Shown: positions 1 to 8,810 of the stretch, in pieces
How positions within the stretch are numbered: position 1 is the stretch's first letter
How the letters are laid out: every line of letters starts with the position of its first letter
Assembly (NCBI GenBank): GCA_027340655.1
Contig: DAHWQR010000003.1
Location: 1 to 58,310 of the forward strand
DNA length: 58,310 nt
Direction: 5' to 3'
From: Candidatus Saccharimonadota bacterium
GTDB taxonomy: Bacteria; Patescibacteriota; Saccharimonadia; Saccharimonadales; UBA4665
Program-made: the position numbers and the translations under genes
The notes under the pieces: model-generated
Seen by the model: the letters and a program-made list of their open reading frames with translations, nothing else
Told to the model about the DNA's origin: nothing
The model's database searches: none

Positions 1-1
1 T

Positions 2-151
2 GACCCTTTGACTTATTCAAGACAACTAGTACATTCAAGTATCGGTAGTTATAGATTTCGCATTGGTCATTATCGTATAGTTTTTGATATAGATGGCAAC
101 ACACTTCAGGTTATAAGCATTAAACACAGAAAAGATGTGTACAGAGGCTAA
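2..151 (+). CDS. RelE/ParE-family type II toxin, C-terminal fragment (5' end lies outside the window)
   Basis: Frame 2 is open from the window edge to TAA at 149-151. It reads ...SSIGSYRFRIGHYRIVFDIDGNTLQVISIKHRKDVYRG*, which matches the typical RelE/ParE C-terminal signature (YRxRxGdYRiif.......i..v.hRkdvY). It is absent from the ORF track because no start codon lies in the window. Confidence 0.6.
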   Translation, partial: DPLTYSRQLVHSSIGSYRFRIGHYRIVFDIDGNTLQVISIKHRKDVYRG

Positions 152-389
152 CTGCAAAACAATCACACATTCAGACTATTTAATGTGTTATTCCATCGAA
201 TAATTTCATTAGCTAAACTCTTATAAACCGACTGGTCTAGGGTCACCAAAAGGACATTACAGATAAGAAGTAGTTATAAATTTTTATAACGAAAAATAAC
301 TAAAATCTTTCATTTGTTAATTGATTCAATTCTGCTTAGCCAACTTTAATTCTGATACTAACAGCCTCTCAGTACTATAATCCAAGTTA

Positions 390-878
390 ATGACTGCGCG
401 TATAAACAGCAGAGGTTTTACGGTTGCTGAAATCCTAATAATTGTAGCTGTTTTAGTATTATTAGTGTCATTGGGCAGCTTTTTATATGTGCAACATCAT
501 AATAACAGCAGCAGTAGAAGCACAATAAAGAGTTATGCTGGCACAGGCTTAACAATTAAAAGAGATAACTCGCTTAATCAACCTGGCGTTGACAATTTCT
601 CGATAGCGGTAAGTTATTCATCTGCTGTTACTATCCTTAATGACATATATTCTCTAAAACTCTTACCAAAGGCCCCTTACGCCTACCAATGTCCTATTGA
701 CGACGGAGTTATATATACCTTTAATTTCGTAAATCCAACCTTAAATGCCATGGCATCAGCCACTGGCTGCCAGTTTGTAACGGTTAACAATAAATCGTAC
801 CAGTCCACTAACAAGTTTTGGAATGATGTAAGCAATGCAACTCATGAGCCCGTAGACCCTGACACGAATCTTCAATAA
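390..878 (+). CDS. Prepilin-type N-terminal cleavage/methylation domain protein (type IV pilin/pseudopilin-like)
   Basis: The N-terminus is MTARINSRG|FTVAEILIIVAVLVLLVSLGSF. This gives the class III signal motif G/FTxxE with Glu at +5, followed by a hydrophobic helix. The rest of the protein is unrecognised. Confidence 0.65.
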   Translation: MTARINSRGFTVAEILIIVAVLVLLVSLGSFLYVQHHNNSSSRSTIKSYAGTGLTIKRDNSLNQPGVDNFSIAVSYSSAVTILNDIYSLKLLPKAPYAYQCPIDDGVIYTFNFVNPTLNAMASATGCQFVTVNNKSYQSTNKFWNDVSNATHEPVDPDTNLQ

Positions 879-972
879 TATGCTCTTAAAGCTTTATTCC
901 ACCCAATAATCTTACTGACAATTTCCTTATCGTTGGCTATTAGATGGTTCACCATTCTGCTTATGCCTAATG

Positions 973-1581
973 CTAAAGACCGCTCACATCTATATTGTGA
1001 CTTATGACAAATTCAGCTAGGTGCTGTTCAACGTCTCCTATGCTAACAGATTCTGGCCTAAGCATATAAACTGGATTCTTCTGTCTTGTAGGGTAATTAT
1101 AAGGTTCTGAATCGTATTCTAAATTAACAAAAGGGATATTATTTGTAATATGCCCTCGGGTACTAAAACTAGCTAATCCCCCATCTGTAATAAGTAAAAT
1201 ACAATCCGTTGAGCGATATTCTGGTGTACTGCTATCATTACCGAAAGATTCAGTCTTGTAAACGCAAGATATTATCCAACCAAGGTAATTCGTTGTTGAT
1301 TGTGTAATTCGCTTACTAGAACGAATACCTTCACCACTCAAGAAACTAATAATCGACACAGTCGGTTCATAATAATATTTTTCAACTTGAATTCTAGTTG
1401 TTTTAATATTTGCTTCCAAAGCTTTAGACGCAACATCCTTGCCTAGTAACCCCAATTCAGCAAATCTTGCAGCTCTTTCTTGTTTCAGTGCTTCTTGGTG
1501 GTCTTGAAGTCTCTTCTGATTTACTGCATCCACCTCTCTTTTAGCAATGATTTCGTGAACCCTATCACTAAACTCAGGCAT
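973..1581 (-). CDS. Hypothetical protein (N-terminal coiled coil plus unknown globular domain)
   Basis: A 202-aa ORF in the AT-rich segment. Its start overlaps the stop of the upstream 73-aa ORF by 8 nt. I recognise no family motif. Confidence 0.5.
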   Translation of the reverse strand: MPEFSDRVHEIIAKREVDAVNQKRLQDHQEALKQERAARFAELGLLGKDVASKALEANIKTTRIQVEKYYYEPTVSIISFLSGEGIRSSKRITQSTTNYLGWIISCVYKTESFGNDSSTPEYRSTDCILLITDGGLASFSTRGHITNNIPFVNLEYDSEPYNYPTRQKNPVYMLRPESVSIGDVEQHLAEFVISHNIDVSGL

Positions 1582-1795
1582 AAAACATATTATACCATTC
1601 GACTAACGTAAATACTAGACTCTTAAAAACTAGTGTATGAGTTCTATAACTAGGTGGGAGGTTTGTTGCATCTGGATTGCTCTTTGATAACTCATACCAC
1701 TGATTAATCTCCTCAAGGATATAGTTCCAATTCGATAATAGGTGGTTCACCATAGGAAAGTTTTTCAATCTTGGTAAATTCCTGTATCTATACAT
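1574..1795 (-). CDS. Small hypothetical protein, first gene of a two-gene minus-strand module
   Basis: A 73-aa ORF that overlaps the 202-aa ORF by 8 nt, giving an operon-like arrangement. No motif is recognised. Confidence 0.35.
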   Translation of the reverse strand: MYRYRNLPRLKNFPMVNHLLSNWNYILEEINQWYELSKSNPDATNLPPSYRTHTLVFKSLVFTLVEWYNMFYA

Positions 1796-1935
1796 AGTTA
1801 GTTATTGAACGCCTAAAAATAACTATCTAATCAGTCAGTTTATAGTTTGCATCGTGTTCATTTGTAATATTCGTTATAACCTAATTTAGGTAGACAGAGC
1901 CGGCAATACAACAGTGTCTATGCAATAATTATCGT

Positions 1936-3087
1936 ATGTCATGGTTAGAAGACGCAGTATTTTATCAAATATTCATTGATAGATTTGCAGGTTTTAAAAC
2001 AACCGATAATTGGGAGAAGCCTGATTATCTAGGGGGTAACATCAAAGGCATTATTAGTAAGCTCGACTACATAAATGACTTGGGCGCTAATGCAATTTTG
2101 ATTACACCATTTAACAAAGGTATTGCTTACCATGGATATCACATAACAGATTTCTATGGAGTTGATGAACATTTTGGTACAGAAGCAGATCTAAAGTACT
2201 TAATTAAAGAAGCACACGATAAAGGCATTAGAATAGTTTTTGATTTTGTACCCAATCACTGCTCCAATAAGCACCCATATTTTCTTGATGCCATAAACGA
2301 TAAGAATAGTAAATATAGGGATTGGTTTATTTTTGAATCTTGGCCTAATGATTATCAATGCTTTAGTAGATATAAAGAGCTACCAAAACTTAATCTAGGC
2401 AATAAAGAAGTTAGACAACATTTATTGGGCTCTGCGCGTAAATGGTTAGGTATTGGATTTGATGGAGTTAGAATTGACCATATTGTGGGAATTTCGAATG
2501 ATAATATCAAAGCGGTAATAAAACCCCTAAGAGAGGAATTTCCTGAAGCAGTATTTATAGGTGAAGCTTGGATAACTAGAAACGTAAAACTGCGGGAGAT
2601 GAAATTACTCCATACTCCATATAAATATTTAATATGGCTATTCCAGTGGAATAATCGTTTATATAAGAATTACGCTGGAATTTTAGATGGAATCTTAGAC
2701 TTTGAGACAGCTCAACTTTTGGAAAGATATGCAACTTCTGGCAGCGGAAAGTATAAAAGTCAAATAGTGAAAAAGATTGTTAGGCACAGAAATGTAATCA
2801 GCCACATAACCTTTTTAGATAATCATGATATGGAGAGGTTTTTATATCGTTGTGGTGACGACATTAATAAATTAAAGAAAGTGGCTACTCTTCAATTCTT
2901 GCTTCAAGCAATCCCTATGATTTACTACGGCACGGAGATTGGCATGTCCCAGACGAAGCCATTCTCGCCACTAAATAGTTATAGTGATATCCTCGCCAGA
3001 GAACCAATGTGGTGGGAGAAACCTAAACAAAACAGTAAATTATTAGACTTTTATAAAAACCTGATTAAGAAAAGGAGTTCTAAGTAG
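1936..3087 (+). CDS. GH13 alpha-amylase-family glycoside hydrolase (compact, no signal peptide)
   Basis: The four conserved GH13 regions are present: VFDFVPNH (I), GFDGVRIDH (II), FIGEAW (III) and FLDNHD (IV). The N-terminal motifs FYQIFIDRF and GGNIKGIISKLDYINDLGANAILITP are also present. Confidence 0.85.
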   Translation: MSWLEDAVFYQIFIDRFAGFKTTDNWEKPDYLGGNIKGIISKLDYINDLGANAILITPFNKGIAYHGYHITDFYGVDEHFGTEADLKYLIKEAHDKGIRIVFDFVPNHCSNKHPYFLDAINDKNSKYRDWFIFESWPNDYQCFSRYKELPKLNLGNKEVRQHLLGSARKWLGIGFDGVRIDHIVGISNDNIKAVIKPLREEFPEAVFIGEAWITRNVKLREMKLLHTPYKYLIWLFQWNNRLYKNYAGILDGILDFETAQLLERYATSGSGKYKSQIVKKIVRHRNVISHITFLDNHDMERFLYRCGDDINKLKKVATLQFLLQAIPMIYYGTEIGMSQTKPFSPLNSYSDILAREPMWWEKPKQNSKLLDFYKNLIKKRSSK

Positions 3088-3183
3088 GCTATTCCACTGA
3101 ATAATTTTACCTACTATTTCTTATAGATCGTACCCCTTAGAGTCACCCTCTCTATACGTTCGTCATTTGTTAAACTAAAAAGC

Positions 3184-3627
3184 ATGAAGTTAGATCAAAC
3201 AACGAAAATGGCTATACGGCATACCGTCCATTGCCTCATCGGTTGTGGCGTTGGTGAAATCGTCGGGATGATATTAGCCTCGACTCTTGGATGGCATAGA
3301 CTCGGCCGGCTACCGCTGGCTATATTATTTGCGTTTATTTTCGGTTACTCATTAACTTATCGTGGCGTACGTAAGCACGCAAGCTCCGCAAAAGAAGCTT
3401 TTAAAATAACTGCCGCAACAGATACGGTTTCAATTACTGTTATGGAGATAGTTGACAACATTATAGAGTTCATCATACCTAACGCTTTGTTAGTTACTGC
3501 CGATCAACCAAGATTTTGGTGGGGGTTAGCGCTGTCGTTAACAACAGCATTTATTATTACTGTGCCCGTAAATAGATACATGATAAATAAAAACCCCCAC
3601 CAACACATGCAGATGCACATGGATTGA
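3184..3627 (+). CDS. DUF4396-like small membrane protein
   Basis: The HCLIGCGVGEIVGM motif near the N-terminus plus 3-4 hydrophobic helices resemble DUF4396 proteins. The assignment is from memory of that motif. Confidence 0.5.
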   Translation: MKLDQTTKMAIRHTVHCLIGCGVGEIVGMILASTLGWHRLGRLPLAILFAFIFGYSLTYRGVRKHASSAKEAFKITAATDTVSITVMEIVDNIIEFIIPNALLVTADQPRFWWGLALSLTTAFIITVPVNRYMINKNPHQHMQMHMD

Positions 3628-3801
3628 ACGCTTCATATTGAACATTCAATTAATGGTCTAGCCTAAAGTCTTGGCGGACAAAGCTTATTTCATGAGCAAC
3701 TGGCTTTTGGAGTTCCTCGTCCCTGTTATTAGATATGCTAGTCAAGCACCGAGACTTCTTCTCAAAGGCCCAATTCTCACTCCTTAACCTAAGGGGGTCA
3801 G

Positions 3802-4443
3802 TTAGAGCAATTGGAAAGCCACTTTGCCTAATATAATCACTAGTCCGATACCGATGCCACCGGCCAGCAGGCCGATTAAACTTAGCAGGGCATCCTCGAA
3901 AATTAAGGCTAGTGCGATCAAGACCACTCCTAAGGAGGGTAGAGTGTCCAGTCCTGAAAAGGGGGGCGCTAAAAAGGCAAAAATGCTAAACAGTAGAACC
4001 ACTAAGCCGGTAATTCTTCCACCTAGTTTGCTGCTTTGAAGTTTAGCCAATCTAGGCTTTGTGTGCTTTTCAATAAACTTAGTTAGGCTAATCAGTTTTG
4101 GCAGCGCGGAAGTGCGCAGACTCGCGGGCAGCTCTTTGTTTAGCCAACTCTTTGGGAGCCAAACGGTATCTTTTCCGGCCACTAACTCAATCGAGAGTAG
4201 CATAACGATAAGTTCGAAAATGTGCGTTACACCTCCCGTTGGCAGCGGCATGGCAGGGAATATCATAAGCAACAAGAACAAAACGGCAAAACCCTTCTCC
4301 TTGAAGGCTTCAATCAAATCACCGAGAGTCTTTGGCTTCCTAGAAGATAGCCACTCGGAGAGCACCTGTCTAAGCTTGCTGCTTTCTACTACCGCCATAC
4401 TAAGTAAAACTATACAATTCGGGTTGCAGATAAGAAATATCAC
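3802..4443 (-). CDS. ExoD-family (exopolysaccharide synthesis-like) membrane protein
   Basis: The layout LGDLIEAFKEKGFAVLFLLLMIFPAMPLPTGGVTHIFELIVMLLSIELVAGKDTVWLPKSW is typical of ExoD proteins. A more likely start is the ATG at complement(4396..4398), giving MAVVESSKL. Confidence 0.55.
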   Translation of the reverse strand: MIFLICNPNCIVLLSMAVVESSKLRQVLSEWLSSRKPKTLGDLIEAFKEKGFAVLFLLLMIFPAMPLPTGGVTHIFELIVMLLSIELVAGKDTVWLPKSWLNKELPASLRTSALPKLISLTKFIEKHTKPRLAKLQSSKLGGRITGLVVLLFSIFAFLAPPFSGLDTLPSLGVVLIALALIFEDALLSLIGLLAGGIGIGLVIILGKVAFQLL

Positions 4444-4543
4444 TTTTCTTTACCCGTCCAAGATCCAATTAGGGTTATGGATAGTTTAAATAGCAACCGG
4501 ACTTTCTAGCGTGCAAGTATCTCGATTTTGCTATACTGCCTGT

Positions 4544-5398
4544 ATGGTAAAAGCATCACGCCTGGCGGTATTTGATGTAGACGGCACGATTGCAGATAAG
4601 GGAACCATACCGCCCAGTGTCATTGAAGGCATAAAACATCTTCGCTCAGTGGGTTATATGAGTACGGTTTCTACAGGACGCGGATATATACGCTTAAAAG
4701 AAATGTTAGGCGATGCCTTCAAAGATATTGTTTCCGAGGAAGCTCTATTAATAATTGAGCATGGCACTAAAATAGTAGATTTCAATGGCAAAGTTGTCTT
4801 CGGTGAGTTTTTCAGCGAAAGGGAACTTGATCATGTCATTGACTTTACTAGGGCAAACATTGACCTGTACAAACTAGTTTGGTTCAATCCCGTTGACCTG
4901 AACCAAAAAGTGCAGGTGTGGTGCATTAATCAAGAAGATATAGCTGAAGAAATCCAAAAACGCGGGCACTATGCCGATGTATTTTATTGCTCTATCGGTG
5001 AATTCGAAGACATCCTGCTAAAGCAGCGGGTCACAAACGTCACCCTAAAGCTAAAAGATTATGTTAAAGTAGAAAACCTTAAATTGTCGTTTACTCGAAC
5101 CGATACAAACGTTATATTTCAAGACGGTAATATGGAGTTTGTTAAAAACAACATCAATAAAGGTCTGGCTGTTGAATATGTGGCTAACCAGCTTGCTATT
5201 GAACCTGAGAATATATTAGTTGCAGGAAATGCAATTAACGATATCGAAATGCTAGATATTGATTCCGGATTAACGCTATTAGTAAGTATCGAGCCTATTC
5301 GTTCGGAAATATTGTCGTATTTGTCCAATCCGAAAAAGATTGTAAATGTCGACTCGCCTCACGAACTTGGCGAATATTTAAAAGCGAAAATTACTTAA
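4544..5398 (+). CDS. HAD-superfamily (Cof-like) phosphatase
   Basis: Motif I is FDVDGTI and motif IV is GNAINDIEML. The ORF-track GTG at 4511 lies upstream of a TGcTATACT -10 element (4529-4537), so the ATG at 4544 is preferred. Confidence 0.75.
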   Translation: MVKASRLAVFDVDGTIADKGTIPPSVIEGIKHLRSVGYMSTVSTGRGYIRLKEMLGDAFKDIVSEEALLIIEHGTKIVDFNGKVVFGEFFSERELDHVIDFTRANIDLYKLVWFNPVDLNQKVQVWCINQEDIAEEIQKRGHYADVFYCSIGEFEDILLKQRVTNVTLKLKDYVKVENLKLSFTRTDTNVIFQDGNMEFVKNNINKGLAVEYVANQLAIEPENILVAGNAINDIEMLDIDSGLTLLVSIEPIRSEILSYLSNPKKIVNVDSPHELGEYLKAKIT

Positions 5399-5517
5399 AT
5401 CCTGAAGAATTCCGCGCTGCATTAAACATAGCTCTTCCAAGAGCTGAAGTCTCTTTGGTATAGCTAGTAAGTGCAGTACCTAGACTTTTATATACGTTAT
5501 GCTTATGATTAATACAT

Positions 5518-5856
5518 ATGGCGCAACAAGAAGGGTTTCCATCTGATTCTCAAGAATTGGCTGCCGCAGAGGCTGTTATAAACCCGGACGGCACTCTAAA
5601 TGAAGATTTTTTAAGAAATCAGTATGGGTTAGAAGCCGAGGATGCGATGCAAACGGTAAGCTTCGGCAGGTTCAACGGGACGGTAGCCCAGATGCTTAGC
5701 GACGAAAGATGTCCTGTAGGGGACATGGTGAGGAATGCTTATCACGAAAAAGGCTTAGCTGGAGTTGAGGAAACATTTCAGAAGTTTAGCATGGTAGATC
5801 GTGCATTTGAGCCAAAGATTAGCGAGACAACCCGCGAAATCCAAAAAAAAAATTAG
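5518..5856 (+). CDS. Hypothetical protein, probable 5' part of a gene interrupted at an A10 tract
   Basis: A 112-aa ORF that ends at a TAG immediately after the A10 run at 5843-5852. The adjacent reading frame is open from 5823 through to 7169. Confidence 0.5.
   Translation: MAQQEGFPSDSQELAAAEAVINPDGTLNEDFLRNQYGLEAEDAMQTVSFGRFNGTVAQMLSDERCPVGDMVRNAYHEKGLAGVEETFQKFSMVDRAFEPKISETTREIQKKN
5843..5852 (+). repeat. A10 homopolymer at the junction of two reading frames
   Basis: Direct count gives ccAAAAAAAAAAttag. A further A7 and A8 lie within 90 nt downstream. Confidence 0.95.
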
Positions 5857-6038
5857 ATAATCCCAAAACTTCAGAGATTCCGGCTACAAATATATCCGAA
5901 AAAAACCCTAAAGAAAGAACTGAAGCGCCTAAAAAAAACAATGATAATGATAAAGAAAAACCTGAACCGCCAGTTGCTGCTAAGGGAGAAAATACCCGGC
6001 AATCCAACGAAGCCTTACAACTTGTTGAAATAGCAGTT

Positions 6039-7169
6039 TTGCAGGAGACTGTTCTACCAAAGAGTAATGAAGTAAAGTTACATGATACTAATGTTCCAAA
6101 GAAGCATAACTCGACCGTCCAAAACGATAAGAGCGCTCTTAAAGCCGCAAGTGTAATAAATAAAAGACAGCAACCAAAAGCTAAGCTAGCAACACCTTTA
6201 AGACCCCTAACTTCTGTCGATCACATTGCCAATGTCGGTCAAGTAAAAAGTGAAACCAAGCCCGCGCCTAACCCGCCCCAACTCGCTTCAAGCGCCGAGA
6301 ATATACATGACAGCCTCGATGCTGCCCCAAAAGCCATCGCTTTAATTAACTCGCTGACAACGGACCAGGAACAAATCGACGGGCCACTATTAGCCGGTAG
6401 TTTAGATTTAGACTTTCAGCTAGAGGATCTAGACATCCCAGGCCTTAGCTTTGATGAAGAAACGCTTCCTATGGAAAACTATTCTGAAGTTGATGTTTTA
6501 ACAGAAGACGTGTCCGAGATTGACGTCTCTATAGTCGAAAAGAAAGATTTAATGCAGGCCGAAACTGAATATATGGGCGAGCTACTGGTTAATTTGATCG
6601 CAAATTTTGCCGAAACTAGCCCGTTTGATGAGCAATTTGATATGATGCCTGATCAATTTGCTGATGAAATGAGCATTGATTCAGAACCGGACGACACAGT
6701 GGAGCGCGAAACAAGGTTGCAAGACATTATCGAGGAAGAACTCGGTCCTTACCTAAGCTCTATGGAACCAGAACGTATCGAGGTCGTTAAAAGAAGTGTA
6801 ATTGAGCTCGGGGCAATGTTAAGAATAGGCAATCTCAAGATCGAGAATTTACTAAGTTTTGAGAAGGGAGAAGTTGAGCAGAGGCTGGAAATGCTCTGCA
6901 TTCAGTTATTTTATGTGCTAGGTCTAAACTCTGACGCTTCTACTATCGAGAAATTTATGCGCAATATTATTGTCGCGAATCAAGGCGCTAACTTTATTGA
7001 ATCTGACGCATTGTCCATCGATCGCATCAACAGTCTCGGCACGCATGAGCATAAACTGCCGATTAACCTTCACTTGATTACTGGTCTGACTAAACTGATT
7101 AAACGACAGATGAACTCTCACCTGATTTTGGGCCGTTACGCTATCTTAGGTTTACAATCCAGTGCTTGA
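6039..7169 (+). CDS. Acidic hypothetical protein, probable 3' part of the interrupted gene (frame open from 5823)
   Basis: The ORF-track start is a TTG with no obvious SD. The same frame stays open 216 nt further upstream, reading NPKKKLDNPKTSEIPATNISEKNPKERTEAPKKNNDNDKEKPEPP... The protein is rich in D/E. Confidence 0.55.
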   Translation: MQETVLPKSNEVKLHDTNVPKKHNSTVQNDKSALKAASVINKRQQPKAKLATPLRPLTSVDHIANVGQVKSETKPAPNPPQLASSAENIHDSLDAAPKAIALINSLTTDQEQIDGPLLAGSLDLDFQLEDLDIPGLSFDEETLPMENYSEVDVLTEDVSEIDVSIVEKKDLMQAETEYMGELLVNLIANFAETSPFDEQFDMMPDQFADEMSIDSEPDDTVERETRLQDIIEEELGPYLSSMEPERIEVVKRSVIELGAMLRIGNLKIENLLSFEKGEVEQRLEMLCIQLFYVLGLNSDASTIEKFMRNIIVANQGANFIESDALSIDRINSLGTHEHKLPINLHLITGLTKLIKRQMNSHLILGRYAILGLQSSA

Positions 7170-7233
7170 GCCAATGAATATAGCCTGACTTAATCTCTAA
7201 TAAAGCGAAAATAGATTCCTTGGTCTGAAGCCT

Positions 7234-7241
7234 TGTATAAT
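7234..7241 (+). promoter_or_regulatory. Extended -10 promoter element (TGTATAAT) upstream of the PAP2 gene
   Basis: Sequence ccTTGTATAATagc lies about 50 nt upstream of the ATG at 7293. Confidence 0.35.
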
Positions 7242-7292
7242 AGCAAGAGCAGTCCTTTTATAAAATTAAAGCAAGGAATCTTAATAAAATAA

Positions 7293-7781
7293 ATGAACGA
7301 TATAATCATCTTCTGCGCCGCTTACTTGTACTTATTTGTAATCTTAGGCCTGGCTATCGCTTGGCTAAAAACAAACCGAGAAGTAAAACTCCAATTTATT
7401 TGGGCCACTATTGCCGCCGGGGCAATTGCCTTTATCCTATCGCGTATTGCTTCAAAGCTTTATTACGATCCCCGACCGTTTGTAACCGAACACGTTAAAC
7501 CGCTTATCGCGCATGCCGCAGATAACGGCTTTCCCTCAGACCATGCATTGCTAACTTCTACGCTGACGGCAATCACCTATTTCTATCACAAAAAAGCAGC
7601 TATTGTTATGGCCGTACTTAGCGTTTTGATTGGGGTGGCCAGGGTGCTAGCTAAAGTCCATTCTCCACTGGATATTGGAGCTGGATGGGTGTTTGGAATA
7701 GTCGGAGCCATTGCCGGTTATTATCTAGTCAGATACCTAATGAATAAGCCGCGCGCCAAAGCTAAGCAAACTAGCGTTTAA
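7293..7781 (+). CDS. PAP2-family phosphatase (undecaprenyl-diphosphatase/BcrC-like)
   Basis: The PAP2 motifs are KLYYDPRPF (KxxxxxxRP), FPSDHA (PSGH-like) and ARVLAKVHSPLDI (SRxxxxxHxxxD-like). There are four or more TM helices. Confidence 0.75.
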   Translation: MNDIIIFCAAYLYLFVILGLAIAWLKTNREVKLQFIWATIAAGAIAFILSRIASKLYYDPRPFVTEHVKPLIAHAADNGFPSDHALLTSTLTAITYFYHKKAAIVMAVLSVLIGVARVLAKVHSPLDIGAGWVFGIVGAIAGYYLVRYLMNKPRAKAKQTSV

Positions 7782-7853
7782 TTGCTGCGCAGGCTTCAAG
7801 CTAAACTTACGCAACCCTGTCCAATGGTGCCTAGCGAGTATTTCCCGGCTCGC

Positions 7854-8687
7854 TTAGTACTCTCCGCTAGAACGTAAGCTAATCATTATTGTGCCCGCCA
7901 AAGCTAGAGTTACCCCGGCAATAACCAAGCCCCATTGTCCTTGTCGCGGCCTGTCCCCCAGCAATGCAATGCCAATAGCAATCGGTACCAGGGTTTCGAA
8001 GGCTACCATAGTAGCATTAATTACACTTGCGTGATGTCTCTGCAGAGCTACGGTAAAGGTTAGAATGCCAACTAGACCGTAAGCGAACAGGGACCATAAC
8101 AAGGGGCTATAAAGAACCTGCCAGTAGGGGTGCGTAATTATCAGCATCCGACCGGTGATGGCTGTGCCGCCAAAGGCTAAGCCGCTAATAGCAGCTAAAA
8201 CTGCCGCCGAAGAATAGACTTTAGTTTTAATGGATATTGATGCCAGAAGCGCCAAAAGCAGCGGGAAGAACACAATAATCCACTTCGCGACTTGACCGAC
8301 GGCTTGAGCTTTCTCGGGCTGAGCCGTGAGGCTGAGCATGATTAAGCCAAAGAAGATAATTCCCATAGCGACTAAAGAGCGGGCACTTAATGCGCGGCGC
8401 AGAATAAACTTATCTATTAGTGCCGTGACTACTACGCTAAAGGCCACTATCGGCTGGACTACGAAGAGCGGCAATTCGTGCACCGCGACTAAAGTCAGCG
8501 GCCAGGCTATGACGTCGAGCAGAAGACCAAGGAGATATGGCCAGTCACGCACTAACCGGGTTAAAATGCTCAGTCTTAGAGCGCTTACCCGAGCATGTTT
8601 GTCGGCGCTGTTTTTCTCCAGCTCGGCAGCAATCCCGTTAGATAGAGCCACTCCGGCTGCGGCTAGTAAGGCAAGTCTGAATATCAT
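7854..8687 (-). CDS. Polytopic membrane protein, DMT/EamA-like transporter
   Basis: A 277-aa protein with about 9 hydrophobic helices and a two-halves architecture. No sharper motif is seen. Confidence 0.5.
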   Translation of the reverse strand: MIFRLALLAAAGVALSNGIAAELEKNSADKHARVSALRLSILTRLVRDWPYLLGLLLDVIAWPLTLVAVHELPLFVVQPIVAFSVVVTALIDKFILRRALSARSLVAMGIIFFGLIMLSLTAQPEKAQAVGQVAKWIIVFFPLLLALLASISIKTKVYSSAAVLAAISGLAFGGTAITGRMLIITHPYWQVLYSPLLWSLFAYGLVGILTFTVALQRHHASVINATMVAFETLVPIAIGIALLGDRPRQGQWGLVIAGVTLALAGTIMISLRSSGEY

Positions 8688-8810
8688 AGCTGTAACTTTA
8701 GCAGAGTAGTGACGCGAGTTTTAGGTTTTGGAGTTTGGTGTAAGCTAAATCATAGGAGATTATCAGGAAACTGAGTAATATTATGAATAAATAAGGAAGG
8801 AAGATTAAAT

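Noticed and set aside
3824-4489. Two + strand ORFs (71 and 142 aa) across the ExoD-like gene
   Set aside because: They are antisense to a membrane-protein gene with a recognisable family layout. Their translations are Ser/Pro/Lys-rich with no motif.
5819-6007. 62-aa minus-strand ORF across the poly(A)-rich junction region
   Set aside because: It is antisense to a region that is open in the + strand frame continuing into the 376-aa ORF. Its translation is low-complexity and Phe/Leu/Ser/Gly-rich, derived from A-rich sequence.
7831-7857. Imperfect hairpin (ctagcgag...ctcgcttag) between the convergent PAP2 and DMT-like genes
   Set aside because: It could be a bidirectional terminator. However, the stem is short and imperfect, there is no T-run on either strand, and it overlaps the stop codon of the minus-strand gene.
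8326-8709. 127-aa + strand ORF opposite the DMT-like gene
   Set aside because: It is an Arg/Ser-rich antisense shadow of a hydrophobic membrane-protein gene.
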